Assembly (NCBI GenBank): GCA_963828465.1
Contig: CAWHEU010000022.1
Coordinates: forward strand, 224,001-288,000
Origin: an uncultured Acidobacteriota bacterium
GTDB taxonomy: Bacteria; Actinomycetota; Acidimicrobiia; Spongiisociales; ZC4RG35
Direction: 5' to 3'
Length of the DNA stretch: 64,000 bases
Made by a program: the position numbers and the translations under genes. This document shows positions 19,166 through 29,241 of the stretch, piece by piece; positions within the stretch are counted from its first letter, which is position 1, and each line of letters starts with the position of its first letter. Below the pieces are notes generated by a model. The model worked only from the letters and a program-made list of their open reading frames with translations. It did no database searches and had not been told where the DNA came from.

Positions 19166-20482
19166 CAGGCGTTCCGTCCCCAGGTCAACGGGAAACCATT
19201 CCCGCCGAAGGTGAAGGTGGTGGACGCAGTTGACCCGATATTGCGAATCGTCCACGTGCCGGCGTTGAACCAGCCGACCCCGGCGCGGCCATCGCCGTCC
19301 CAGTCGCCGGTGACAGGCCTGCCGTTGCCGGCGAGGGTGAAGTCGCGGTCCGCTGGGCCGGCTGACACCGCGTTGCGCAGGATCCACCGGTCCCCTCGCA
19401 CGACGCCGATCCCGGTGTGGCCGTCACCGTTCCAGTCCCCGACCACGGGGATGTCGCCTGGTTGGCCGAATACGAAGTCGATGTCGGGTTCTCCCGCACG
19501 GTTCGAATTGCGCAGCAGCCATCTGTTGCCCCGCACCACTCCGATCGTGTGGACGCCGTTGCCGTTCCAGTCCCCGACGACCGGGATGTCGCCCGGTCTC
19601 CCGTACTCGATCACGAGATTGGGGCTGCCCGGGCCTTCCACTTGACGGAGGAACCAGACGAGGTTGCCGACACCGGCCACGCCATGACGGGTGTTGCGCA
19701 CCATCCCGATGGTCCTCACCCCGGCGTTCGAGAAGTCCCCGGCTACCGGGTAGTCCCCTGGTAGGCCGAAGTCGAAGGTCTGGTTGGCTCCTCCACTGCT
19801 CAATGCATTGCGTAGCTGGAACGTGGTGCCGCTGACGACAGCCGGCCGGGCGCGGTAAGGGCCCTTGGGGGTGGTGTCGGGGAGCAGTCCTGCGGCGTTG
19901 TGGCTGTATGTCGACTGGGACACGGCGCTCGTTGTGGTGCAGGTCGAGTCCCATTCCCAGGGAGGAACGCAGGTGACCACCCGACAGGTGATAGGCCCGA
20001 TGCAAGGGAGGTCGTTGTTGCACTGGCCGTAACGGAACCGGGTGCAGCACACCTTGCGTTCGCTGCAATTGTCGTGGTTGCACTGGCAGTTGCAGTTCAC
20101 GCACGAGTCGGAGCAGGTGCCCGAGCCGCCGCAGCTGCATCCACCGCAATCCGCCGCGTTGCAGTCCATGTAGTAGCGACTCCGACCGTCGCAGAAGGTG
20201 TTGCCTTCGGCCCGCCACCATCCGGCGACCACGTTCCCGGGTGGGCAGGTGTTGACCCCGTGGATGTTGCAGCAGAAATCGGTCCAGCCATCGTTGCATC
20301 TGGCCCCGCCGCCGCATTGGCTCGGCACGACGGCGCCGTAGGCGCTGCCTGGACGAAGGATGTAGGCGGCCGGCGCCGCGACAAGAGCGGTGCCGACCAT
20401 GGCCGCACGGCGGAGGAAGCCGCGGCGCGAGCGTGCGGGTGTCGAGAGCGCGGCTCGCGGCGGCGACGAGTCGCGTGCTCAT
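19165..20482 (-). CDS. Tat-exported Cys-rich protein resembling the amine dehydrogenase light chain (MauA-like), fused to FG-GAP-like repeats; frameshift near 20431
   Basis: Removing one base gives MSTRLVAAASRALDTRT-SRRGFLRRAAMVGTALV (Tat consensus). About 23 Cys follow, including NTCPPG...GWW...YYMDC, then repeats of GDxPVVGDWNGxG. Confidence 0.6.
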
Positions 20483-20989
20483 TCGGTCCGGGTCAAGGCC
20501 ATGGTTTGAGGTAGGCGGGATAGGAGGAGGTAGGCAAGGTAGACCCCGATGGCGACAAAGACGACATAGGCGATGAGGGTCGACATGGAGTCATCGGTCG
20601 GAATGACGGCTGTCCCGGTGATCGCAACGACACCGAGGGCGATCAGACTGACGACATTGAAGCCGAAATGGAACCAGGACGGAGGGGTGTCCTCCCGCCC
20701 GAAACAGCCGCAACTCTGGATGGGAAGGTCGGCCCGCAGGGCCAGCCACGTAAATGCGGCGAACCCCGCATAGAGCACCACGGCCGCCCGTTACCCAAGG
20801 CCCACCCAGGATCAAACCGACTACCGAAACCGCCACCTCGACAAGCCCCAAGATCCGGACGACAGATTTCGACGAGGGGAGGCGAGCAGCGCGCAAGGCG
20901 CCGACGGTTGGGACTGGATCCGCCATCTTGGCCATCCCGGCCAACCCGAGCAGGCCGAGAGCTATGGCGGCGACGGCTGCGGCGACCAC
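20479..20989 (-). CDS. MauE/DoxX family membrane protein; frameshift near 20785
   Basis: Motifs LAGMAK, LGLVEVA and the MauE hallmark SCGCFG; several TM helices. Confidence 0.85.
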
Positions 20990-21075
20990 GAGGCGAGAGT
21001 AGTGCTGATGCTCTGGATCGCCGGAATCCCCCCGAAAGTATGTCTACCCGCCTCGGGAGCTTTACCATTTCTCCG

Positions 21076-21984
21076 GTGTCAGCATCACAATCGAGCCATC
21101 TCCGCGCCCTCGAATCGGAGTCGATTCACATCATCCGCGAAGCTGTCGCCGAATCGGAGAACCCTGTTCTCCTCTTCTCCGGGGGCAAGGACTCCGCCCT
21201 CGTCCTGCGACTCGCTGTAAAGGCGTTCTGGCCTGCGCGTCTTCCCTTCCCGGTCATGCACGTCGATACCGGGCACAACTTCGATGAGGTGCTCGAGTTC
21301 AGGGATCGGATCGTGACCGAGCTCGAGGCCGATCTCATCGTCGCTTCGGTCCAGGAGGCCATCGACCAAGGCCGGGTGGTCGAAGAAACCGGGCCCCGGG
21401 CTTCCCGGAACCGTCTTCAGACCGAGACCCTCCTCAACGCGATCGACAAGCATCGTTTCGACGTGGTCTTCGGTGGGGCGCGCCGTGACGAGGAGAAAGC
21501 TCGGGCGAAGGAGCGGGTGTTCTCGTTCCGGGACGAGTTCGGCCAATGGGACCCCAAGAGCCAGAGGCCTGAGCTCTGGTCCCTCTACAACGGACGGCAT
21601 CGCAAGGGCGAGCACATGCGGGTCTTCCCGATCTCGAACTGGACGGAGATGGACGTCTGGCAGTACATCGAAGATGAGGGGATCGAGTTGCCTTCGGTCT
21701 ATTTCTCGCATCGCCGGCGTGTCTTCGAGCGGGACGGGATGCTCATGGCCGAGTCGCCCTATCTCAATCTCATCGACGGCGAGGAGGTGTTCGAGGCCAT
21801 CGTGCGGTTCCGGACCGTGGGAGACATGACCTGCACCGGTGGGTTCGAGTCCACCGCCTCGTCAGTCGGGGAGATCATCGAGGAGGTGGCCGTCACACGG
21901 ATCACCGAGCGTGGCGCCAGCCGTGCCGACGATCGAACCGCCGAGGCCGCCATGGAGGATCGGAAGCGGGAGGGCTACTTCTGA
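21076..21984 (+). CDS. cysD: Sulfate adenylyltransferase subunit 2
   Basis: Motifs LESESIHIIRE, FSGGKDS, GARRDEEKARAKER and MEDRKREGYF. Start placed at GTG 21076. Confidence 0.96.
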   Translation: MSASQSSHLRALESESIHIIREAVAESENPVLLFSGGKDSALVLRLAVKAFWPARLPFPVMHVDTGHNFDEVLEFRDRIVTELEADLIVASVQEAIDQGRVVEETGPRASRNRLQTETLLNAIDKHRFDVVFGGARRDEEKARAKERVFSFRDEFGQWDPKSQRPELWSLYNGRHRKGEHMRVFPISNWTEMDVWQYIEDEGIELPSVYFSHRRRVFERDGMLMAESPYLNLIDGEEVFEAIVRFRTVGDMTCTGGFESTASSVGEIIEEVAVTRITERGASRADDRTAEAAMEDRKREGYF

Positions 21985-23243
21985 TGACCGAACTGGTGCG
22001 CATCGCAACCACCGGGTCTGTCGACGACGGAAAGAGCACCCTGATCGGTCGGCTCCTCTTCGACTCCAAGCAGATCTTCCAGGACCAGCTCGAGGCGGTG
22101 GAGGACGCCAGCCGCAAGCGCGGCACCGACTACGTCGACCTGGCCCTGCTCACCGATGGCCTCCGCGCCGAGCGGGAGCAAGGGATCACCATCGATGTCG
22201 CCTATCGCTATTTCGCGACACCGAAGCGAAAGTTCGTCCTGGCCGACACCCCCGGTCACATCCAGTACACACGGAACATGGTCACCGGGTCATCGACGGC
22301 GAACATCGCTCTAATCCTGGTGGATGCAAGGCAGGGCATCCTCGAGCAGACCAGACGTCACTCCTTTCTCGCCTCTCTCCTGGGCGTCCCCCATCTGGTG
22401 TTGTGCGTCAACAAGATGGACCTCGTCGACTGGTCCCAGGAGCGCTTCGACGAGCTGGTCGACGAGTTCCGTCAGTTCGCCAACCGACTCGAAATACACG
22501 ATCTGCGGTTCGTGCCGGTGTCGGCCCTCGAGGGTGACAATGTGGTGAACCAGTCGCTGAACATGCCCTGGTACCACGGCCCGACTGTCCTCGAGTTGCT
22601 CGAGGACATTCACATCGGCAGCGATCAGAACATGATCGATGTGAGATTCCCGATCCAGTACGTCATCCGGCCCCATCGGCGGGAGTACCAGGATTTCAGG
22701 GGCTACGCCGGCAAGATCGCCGGAGGGCTGATCAAAAGGGGCGACGAGGTAATGGTCCTTCCCAGCGGCTTCACGACCACGATCCGCTCGATCGAGACCT
22801 TTGACGGACCGCTGGAAGAGGCGGCGCCTCCCAGCTCGGTGGTGATCACCCTCGATGACGACATCGACGTATCGCGGGGGGACATGTTGTGCCGACCACA
22901 CAATCAGCCTCACGCCTCTCAGGACATCGACGCCATGGTGGCCTGGATGTCGGATGGGCCTCCACTGAGGGTCGGCGCCAAATACGCCATCAAGCACACG
23001 ACACGTTGGGGGAAGGCCATGGTGCGGGACTTTCAATACCGCCTCGACGTCAACACCCTGCATCGTGACGAGTCATCGGATTCGCTCGGCTTGAACGAGA
23101 TCGGTCGGGTCAGGCTCCGCTCCACCACGCCTTTCTTCTTCGACGAGTACCGCCGCAATCGTGAGACGGGTTCATTCGTACTCGTCGACGAATCGAGCAA
23201 CGTCACGGTGGGGGCGGGGATGATCACCGGTGAGGGGTCGTGA
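21984..23243 (+). CDS. cysN: Sulfate adenylyltransferase subunit 1 (GTPase)
   Basis: Motifs [28 protein letters not shown] and NKMD. Confidence 0.96.
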   Translation: MTELVRIATTGSVDDGKSTLIGRLLFDSKQIFQDQLEAVEDASRKRGTDYVDLALLTDGLRAEREQGITIDVAYRYFATPKRKFVLADTPGHIQYTRNMVTGSSTANIALILVDARQGILEQTRRHSFLASLLGVPHLVLCVNKMDLVDWSQERFDELVDEFRQFANRLEIHDLRFVPVSALEGDNVVNQSLNMPWYHGPTVLELLEDIHIGSDQNMIDVRFPIQYVIRPHRREYQDFRGYAGKIAGGLIKRGDEVMVLPSGFTTTIRSIETFDGPLEEAAPPSSVVITLDDDIDVSRGDMLCRPHNQPHASQDIDAMVAWMSDGPPLRVGAKYAIKHTTRWGKAMVRDFQYRLDVNTLHRDESSDSLGLNEIGRVRLRSTTPFFFDEYRRNRETGSFVLVDESSNVTVGAGMITGEGS

Positions 23244-23833
23244 GCGAGAACGTTGTCTGGCATCGCGGGTCGGTGACGCCACCGGATCGGGCGGAGGCGA
23301 CCGGCGGCGAGGGCGTGACCGTGTGGATGACGGGTCTCTCGGGCAGCGGGAAGTCGACAATCGCCTACTCGGCCGAGATGATGCTGGTACAGGCCGGCCG
23401 GGCCGCCTATGTCCTCGACGGGGACAACCTGCGTCACGGCCTCAATTCCGATCTCGGGTTCGCGGCGGCGGACCGCAGCGAGAACGTGAGACGGGTGGGT
23501 GAGGTGGCTCGCCTCATGGCTGATGCAGGTCTCGTCGTGTTGGTCCCTGTCATCTCACCGTTCGCCTCAGACCGGAAGATGGTGCGCGAGGCACATGAGG
23601 AGGCAGGACTGGCCTTTGTCGAAGTGTTCGTCGACGCCTCGCTCGAGGTATGCGAACGGCGAGATCCCAAGGGCCTCTACGCCCGTGCACGTGCCGGCGA
23701 GATCGAAGACATGACCGGGATCGATTCCCCCTACGAGGCACCCGAGAGTCCGGATCTGAGACTGGATTCCGAAGGCACCTCAGCGGAGAAACTGGCCGCT
23801 CAAATCGTCGAGGCGGTAGGCACCGGATCATGA
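23240..23833 (+). CDS. cysC: Adenylyl-sulfate kinase
   Basis: Motifs [19 protein letters not shown] and RDPKGLY. Confidence 0.96.
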   Translation: MSENVVWHRGSVTPPDRAEATGGEGVTVWMTGLSGSGKSTIAYSAEMMLVQAGRAAYVLDGDNLRHGLNSDLGFAAADRSENVRRVGEVARLMADAGLVVLVPVISPFASDRKMVREAHEEAGLAFVEVFVDASLEVCERRDPKGLYARARAGEIEDMTGIDSPYEAPESPDLRLDSEGTSAEKLAAQIVEAVGTGS

Positions 23834-24648
23834 CCACGACAACCTCGCCCGTCTATTACGCCCGCCGTTTCAACCAATACGTGGCCGAGCTGTGGCGGCG
23901 GAGAGACTTTGTCTGGTTCTTCGCCCGGGGCAACATCAAGGCCCGCAACGCCTCGACCTTCCTCGGCCTGGTGTGGTGGGTCCTCAACCCGCTTCTTCTC
24001 GGTCTGGTCTATTTCTTCATCTTCGGGCTCATCTTTCCAAGCGAGCGCGACATCGCCTACCTGCTCTCGGGGATGTTCGTGTTCCACTACAGCAGTCAGT
24101 CCCTGAGCGGCGGTGCGGCCTCGATCCTCTCGAACTCGAAGCTCTTGGTCAACATCAGGTTTCCCCGCCTCATCCTGCCCATCGCCTTCCTCCTCGAGTC
24201 GACCTTCGGATTCCTCGCCTCCCTGGTGGTGTTCTACGCCATCGCCATCCCATTCGCCGGCGTCGTCCCGGGGCCGGAGATCCTGATGCTGCTCGTAGCC
24301 CTCCCGCTTCAGATCCTGTTCAACCTCGGTTTGGCTGCGGCCACCGCCAGGCTCGCTGTCCCGTTCCGCGACATCAACAATCTGATCCCCTACCTCAACA
24401 GGATCTGGCTCTACACGTCGCCGATCATCTGGCCGCTCAGCATGCTCACGAGCATGTCTGAGACGGTCCAGAGCCTGTTCCGGCTCAATCCGATGTTCCC
24501 CATCATCGCCCTGTACCGGACCGCACTGCTCGGATACCCGCTGGAGAGCGCCGACCTGATTGCGGCGGTGATCTGGTGCGTCCTGGCTGGGGTCGTCGGC
24601 ATCGCCATGTTCATCAAGTACGAGGGCCGGATGGTTAGGTACTTGTGA
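23830..24648 (+). CDS. ABC-2 polysaccharide export permease (Wzm/TagG-like)
   Basis: Motifs [22 protein letters not shown] and LNP; ATGA overlap with cysC. Confidence 0.9.
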   Translation: MTTTTSPVYYARRFNQYVAELWRRRDFVWFFARGNIKARNASTFLGLVWWVLNPLLLGLVYFFIFGLIFPSERDIAYLLSGMFVFHYSSQSLSGGAASILSNSKLLVNIRFPRLILPIAFLLESTFGFLASLVVFYAIAIPFAGVVPGPEILMLLVALPLQILFNLGLAAATARLAVPFRDINNLIPYLNRIWLYTSPIIWPLSMLTSMSETVQSLFRLNPMFPIIALYRTALLGYPLESADLIAAVIWCVLAGVVGIAMFIKYEGRMVRYL

Positions 24649-25413
24649 GCCGGCCTGCCCTCAAGGTGGAGAATGTCTCCGTTCGTTTTCGCCCTTACGT
24701 CGATCGACGCCCGACCCTTCGTCGTTCTCTGGCGACGTTCCGTCACAAGGAGACCCAGCTCGTCGAGGCCCTGAAGTCGGTCTCGTTCGAAGTGCAGAGG
24801 GGTGAGGCCTTTGGCATCGTCGGGCAGAACGGTGCCGGCAAGAGCACCCTGCTTCGTGTCATGGCTCGGACCTTGCGGCCTGATGACGGTCGGGTGGTGG
24901 TCCGGGGGCGGATGTCCACTCTCCTCCAGCTCGGAGTTGGCTTCAACGCCGAGCTGTCCGGCAGCCGAAACATCTACCTCGGTGGCCTCGTGGCAGGGCT
25001 GACCAAGAAGCAGGTCGACGAGCGTTACGACGAGATCGTCGAGTACTCCGAGCTGGGAGAGGCGATCTACCGGCCGATGAAGACCTACTCGTCGGGGATG
25101 TTCTCGAGACTGGCGTTTGCCGTGGCGATGCATCTCGATCCGGAGATCCTCCTCCTCGATGAGGTCCTCGCCGTCGGAGACGAGGGCTTCAAGGAGAAGA
25201 GCATGGCCACCATGAACGAGCTGTTGAGCAAGTCGGGCAGCATTGTCTTCGTGAGCCACGCTGTCCGCCAGCTGGCGGAGTTCTGCGACCGAGCCGCATG
25301 GCTCGACCAGGGCGAGACTCGTGGCCATCGGCGACGCCGAAGACGTGGTCGAACAGTATCGGGCATTCGTCCAGCAGCGGCGGAAAGAGATGAGGGCGCA
25401 GGGCTTGGCGTGA
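24645..25413 (+). CDS. ABC polysaccharide export ATPase (Wzt/TagH-like); one-base frameshift near 25316
   Basis: Motifs GQNGAGKST, YSSGM, LLLDE and VSH. Shifting frame after DQG restores LVAIGDAEDVVEQYRAF...GLA* with the stop at 25411-25413. Confidence 0.88.
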
Positions 25414-26837
25414 CCGTCGATACGGGTGCCGAGGGAGATCCGGCCAACACAGGCGAGGAGCTAGTTGTTCCGGGACCGGTGCTCGACCAGTCGTCGCTGT
25501 CCCATGACGTTCCCGAGGACAAACACTCATTCGACGTCGAGACGGTTCGGGACCAGCATCGGGAGGACTTAGTAAGGCTGCGCGGGGAGCTGATGAAGAG
25601 GGTCCTGGCCCTGCAGGTGAGCCGACAACAGCTCGCCGATCGGCTGCAGGAGCAGATTGCCATGACCAAGGCCCTCGAGCGTTCACTCCGACAGGCACAA
25701 CGGCAGATACAGTCGATCTACGAGAGCCGGACATGGCGAGTCGGGAGCGCGGTCCGGAGAGTATTTCGACCACTGGCACCCAATTCGGATCCGCCCGGCA
25801 TCGCAGTGCCGGAGGTGGTGTCCATGGAGCCCGTCGAGGGTCTCTCGCCGTTCATCGAGGCCTTGCCCGCCATCGATCCCCATCCCCTTGCGACCGAATA
25901 CGGTGCCGAGCTCGACTCGCGACGAGTAATGGACCGATCCGGCATCGGCTTCGCTGTGTCGACGGCCAGTTTCGGCGAGGGCCGTGGCGATCTCTTCGTC
26001 GCGACCGGTCTGGGCCGGTATCTACGCCGCCGCGGGTACGAACCGTCGTACGTCCCGCTAGAGGATTGGCATGAGGCATCCGGCCTCAAATGGTTGGTGG
26101 CAATGTTGCCCGGCTTCAGACCCTCTGTTCTTAGCGCCGAGTCGAACGTCGTCGGCTGGGCGCGGAATGCCTTCGATGACTGGCTTGCCCACCCTGAGCT
26201 GGAGAGGTTCCGGTTGTTGCTCACCTCGTCTCCTCGATTCGCCGAAGCTGCTGGAAAGGTCTACTCGGGAGACATCCACCTCCTGCCCATCGGCGTCGAC
26301 CTCGAGCTCTTCGAACCACCCGCCACTCGACCTCCATCACGCGTCAGTGTCGTCACGACTACCAATCAATGGGGAGGGGAGCGTGACCTATATCGAGCAC
26401 TCAGGTCGTCGCCAGTGAACTTCCCCCTCCATATCTACGGTCAGCCCGCAGGGCTGTCGCCTGAGCTCCACGCTCACTATCTCGGCCCGGTCGACTACTT
26501 CGAGCTTCCGGGCATCTACTGGCGAGCACGCGTTGTGCTGGATGACTCCCATCCCGCCGTGATCGGGTGGGGATCGGTGAACAGCCGTATCTTCGATGCC
26601 CTTGCTGCCGGCGCCCTACCAGTGACCAACGCCGAGGATGGGCTGGAACAGCTAGGGCTTTCGGACGTCCCTACCTACTCCGAGCCCTCGCAGCTGAACG
26701 AGATCGTCACCGACCTTTTGGCCAATGATCAGGCAACGCGAGATCTCATCGACCGTCTTCGAGCCGTTGTCACGGAGCGTCACTCAATGGAGGCGCGGTC
26801 GCAGCGGCTGGAAGAGATACTGACCGAGACGCGCTGA
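25410..26837 (+). CDS. Coiled-coil plus CgeB-like (GT-B) glycosyltransferase
   Basis: GTG 25410 overlaps the Wzt stop (GTGA). A coiled coil ends in YESRTWRVGSAVRR; the C-terminus has VNSRIFDALAAG and ERHSMEAR. Confidence 0.8.
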   Translation: MTVDTGAEGDPANTGEELVVPGPVLDQSSLSHDVPEDKHSFDVETVRDQHREDLVRLRGELMKRVLALQVSRQQLADRLQEQIAMTKALERSLRQAQRQIQSIYESRTWRVGSAVRRVFRPLAPNSDPPGIAVPEVVSMEPVEGLSPFIEALPAIDPHPLATEYGAELDSRRVMDRSGIGFAVSTASFGEGRGDLFVATGLGRYLRRRGYEPSYVPLEDWHEASGLKWLVAMLPGFRPSVLSAESNVVGWARNAFDDWLAHPELERFRLLLTSSPRFAEAAGKVYSGDIHLLPIGVDLELFEPPATRPPSRVSVVTTTNQWGGERDLYRALRSSPVNFPLHIYGQPAGLSPELHAHYLGPVDYFELPGIYWRARVVLDDSHPAVIGWGSVNSRIFDALAAGALPVTNAEDGLEQLGLSDVPTYSEPSQLNEIVTDLLANDQATRDLIDRLRAVVTERHSMEARSQRLEEILTETR

Positions 26838-26860
26838 CAGGCCCGATCGGGTGTTGGCCG

Positions 26861-28399
26861 TCAGTTTTCGAGGGCGCGGCGGAGGAAGGCGGCCATCTGC
26901 CCCCGAGTCACCAGCTCGGTGGGGCAGTAACGGTCATTGTTCGGCGGGTTGCAGCCAAGGGTGATCCCGGCGGCCGCGACGCGGTTGATCGATTGCTCGA
27001 AGAGCGAAGCCCCATCGTCACGGAAGAAGTCTCGGGGTGAGGGCTGCAATTCCTGACTGCGGGACAGGAAGGCCGCCATCTGCTCCCGTCGAATCTCAGC
27101 GTCACCGCAGTATCTGCCGGGCCCACAGCCATCCGTGATGCCGGCTTCGAACATGCGGTTCACCGCGTCTTCGTAGAACGTCCGCCGATCATCGCCGAAG
27201 TAGTCCTTCGACGCTGCCGGCAGGTTGAGCGCACGGGCCAGGAAGACCGCCATCTGGCCCCGTGTCACGTTGGCGTCGGGGCAGAACCGGGTGTTGAGCG
27301 GCGGGTTGCATCCCTTGGTGATTCCCTCGCCAGCGAGCCAGTCAATGGCGGCCTCGAATCTGTGACCATGGGCATCCAGGAATCCGCTGAACCGCGTCTC
27401 GCGCTCCTGGACCCAGGCATCCATGCGGCCGTCGAAGATCCATGACACCTGGTTGGGTGGGCTCCACGTCCGGTAGCCGTCAAGGAAGGCCGGGTCGACT
27501 CGTCCGTCGTCCACGACCGTGAAGTCGAGGTTCCTCTCGGGACGATCGCGATTGAAGTAGATGGCACCGATCACCTGGTCGTGCGCTTTGAGCCTGGTGA
27601 ACATGTCGTCGAGCCATTGGGACCGGGACTCGCCGTTCGGACCGGTCTCGATGGATGCGGTCTGGGTGACGAGAATCGGCTTGGTCAGCGAGACTTGGGT
27701 GCGCAGCGAGTCGATATATCGTCCGAAGGTGAACTCGTAGTTCCGCCACGCAGGAAGCCCGTTGTTGATCTGCGCGAAACCGATCAAGTCGACGACCTCG
27801 TCGCCTGGGTAGTAATCCTCGTATCCGAAGGCGTGACTGTTGTCTCCAAATGGAGCGAACAGGAACCGGATCTGCTGAGGAGTCAGTCCCTCGTCGAGCA
27901 AGGCGGCACGTATGCGCCGATATGCGGCTTTGTAGCCGTGAGGCTGCCCTGACCAGGGATGATTCCCGTTCATCTCGGGCAATGGAGCGACGAGCATCGA
28001 CCGGCCGGGACGCTCGTGGAGCCAGCCGGCGAGGACGTTCGCCATCTGGCGGAGCTTGGTGTCGAGGGCACCGCCGTTCAGCGCACCCAGATCCTCGGCG
28101 GTCATCTCCAGATATGGAGTCATTCCGCGTCCCTCGAGTTCCGTCAGCAGCTCGACGATCGGCTCGGGGGTCCAATCACGTTCGACCTCGAAGAAGAGCT
28201 GATAGATGGCGGGGGGCTTGCCCGCTTGCTGTGTGAGGGTGGTGACTGCCGGCCTCCACTCCATGCCGGAAGCGAATCCCAGAAGCATGGGTTTCTCGGT
28301 CGCCGCTTCGACTGTCCGAGGAAGTAAAGGAGTGGTGGCGAGCGCCAGAGCGAAGATGACGAGGAGACGCTCGGGCAGGCGATGGGATGGGTGGCGCAT
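26861..28399 (-). CDS. Secreted GH26-like protein with three SLH-like repeats
   Basis: Signal peptide; PEMNGNHPW, YYPGDEVVDLIG, KPILVTQT and IYFN; C-terminal SLH-like repeats. Confidence 0.75.
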   Translation of the reverse strand: MRHPSHRLPERLLVIFALALATTPLLPRTVEAATEKPMLLGFASGMEWRPAVTTLTQQAGKPPAIYQLFFEVERDWTPEPIVELLTELEGRGMTPYLEMTAEDLGALNGGALDTKLRQMANVLAGWLHERPGRSMLVAPLPEMNGNHPWSGQPHGYKAAYRRIRAALLDEGLTPQQIRFLFAPFGDNSHAFGYEDYYPGDEVVDLIGFAQINNGLPAWRNYEFTFGRYIDSLRTQVSLTKPILVTQTASIETGPNGESRSQWLDDMFTRLKAHDQVIGAIYFNRDRPERNLDFTVVDDGRVDPAFLDGYRTWSPPNQVSWIFDGRMDAWVQERETRFSGFLDAHGHRFEAAIDWLAGEGITKGCNPPLNTRFCPDANVTRGQMAVFLARALNLPAASKDYFGDDRRTFYEDAVNRMFEAGITDGCGPGRYCGDAEIRREQMAAFLSRSQELQPSPRDFFRDDGASLFEQSINRVAAAGITLGCNPPNNDRYCPTELVTRGQMAAFLRRALEN

Positions 28400-28511
28400 C
28401 AGGACAGTTATCGGTAGCGGGGTCCCAGGTCCTGAGTGGATGGGCTCGATCCACCCTAGGCCGTTCATCGGCTAATGCCCCATGCACCCACTCCGCCGAC
28501 AAATCGCGTTG

Positions 28512-29219
28512 TCAGGCTGGTCGTAGGAGCAGCTCGTCCTGTTTGTGCCCCTCTCTCCGTGGGAGCACTCTCTCCAAGACCATTCCTGTCGTAGGGATCA
28601 GGCCCTTGAGATAGTCGGTCGAATAGAGCACACAGTGAAGTCGACCCGTCCAGTTGCCGAACCACGATGGGTTTTCGGTTTCATCGGGCACCCCTTCCGC
28701 CATGAAGACGGTGATGAACGCCTTGCCGCCAGGTGCCAGCACCCGCCGGAACTCCTTTAGGTACGTCTTGGTGTCGTCGCTGAGCATGTGGGTGAAAACG
28801 GAGAAAGCCGCGATCAGGTCTACTGAGCCATCCTCGACGGGGAGATAGCGGGTCTCAGCCCCTCCAGGGTTGTATCGGTCATTGGCTGCATCCACGTGGA
28901 CGAACCTGTAATCCGGGAATCGCGACGTGATCTCAGAGGTGGCCCACTGGATGTGACGTTGCTTCACCTCCACGCCTGTGTAAGAGCCAGACCATCCGCG
29001 TGCGATCAGCCCTACGGCTAGACGGCCAGGTCCACAGCCGAAGTCGAGAAAACGCGAATGCGGCCCCAGGCCCAGAGTGGTTAGGTGGTCGAGATCTATT
29101 CGCGCCGATTCGACGAAGTAATCGTCGTCGTATTTGAGAGGGCCTCCTCCTTGGCGCATGTCGACCGGAGGGAGGGGAACGCTGAGCTCCATCGAAGCGG
29201 GAGCATAACGAGAAGGCAA
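28512..29219 (-). CDS. Class I SAM-dependent methyltransferase
   Basis: Motifs LDFGCGPGR, SVFTH and RVLAPGG. Confidence 0.9.
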   Translation of the reverse strand: MPSRYAPASMELSVPLPPVDMRQGGGPLKYDDDYFVESARIDLDHLTTLGLGPHSRFLDFGCGPGRLAVGLIARGWSGSYTGVEVKQRHIQWATSEITSRFPDYRFVHVDAANDRYNPGGAETRYLPVEDGSVDLIAAFSVFTHMLSDDTKTYLKEFRRVLAPGGKAFITVFMAEGVPDETENPSWFGNWTGRLHCVLYSTDYLKGLIPTTGMVLERVLPRREGHKQDELLLRPA

Positions 29220-29241
29220 AGGCCACCTGATGCCGCCCTAC

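Noticed and set aside
14882-19620. CRISPR array or non-coding tandem repeats
   Set aside because: The repeats are in-frame coding units (SLH-like, FG-GAP-like) with degenerate third positions, and there are no cas genes.
19880-20330. Cys-rich segment as a RiPP precursor (ranthipeptide/sactipeptide) or multiheme cytochrome
   Set aside because: No radical SAM or other RiPP enzyme is adjacent (LipA has a known role), and there is no canonical CxxCH motif. The Tat signal plus MauD/MauE point to disulfides.
18004-20989. Calling this a bona fide methylamine dehydrogenase (mau) locus
   Set aside because: No MauB, MauG, MauF, amicyanin or cytochrome is in the window, and the similarity to MauA is by eye only. 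Gene symbols are withheld.
24645-26837. Apparent 730-aa Wzt-glycosyltransferase fusion in the ORF track
   Set aside because: The junction reads as off-frame sequence (RGHRRRRRRGR). A one-base shift restores a normal Wzt C-terminus whose stop overlaps a GTG start (GTGA, 25410-25413).
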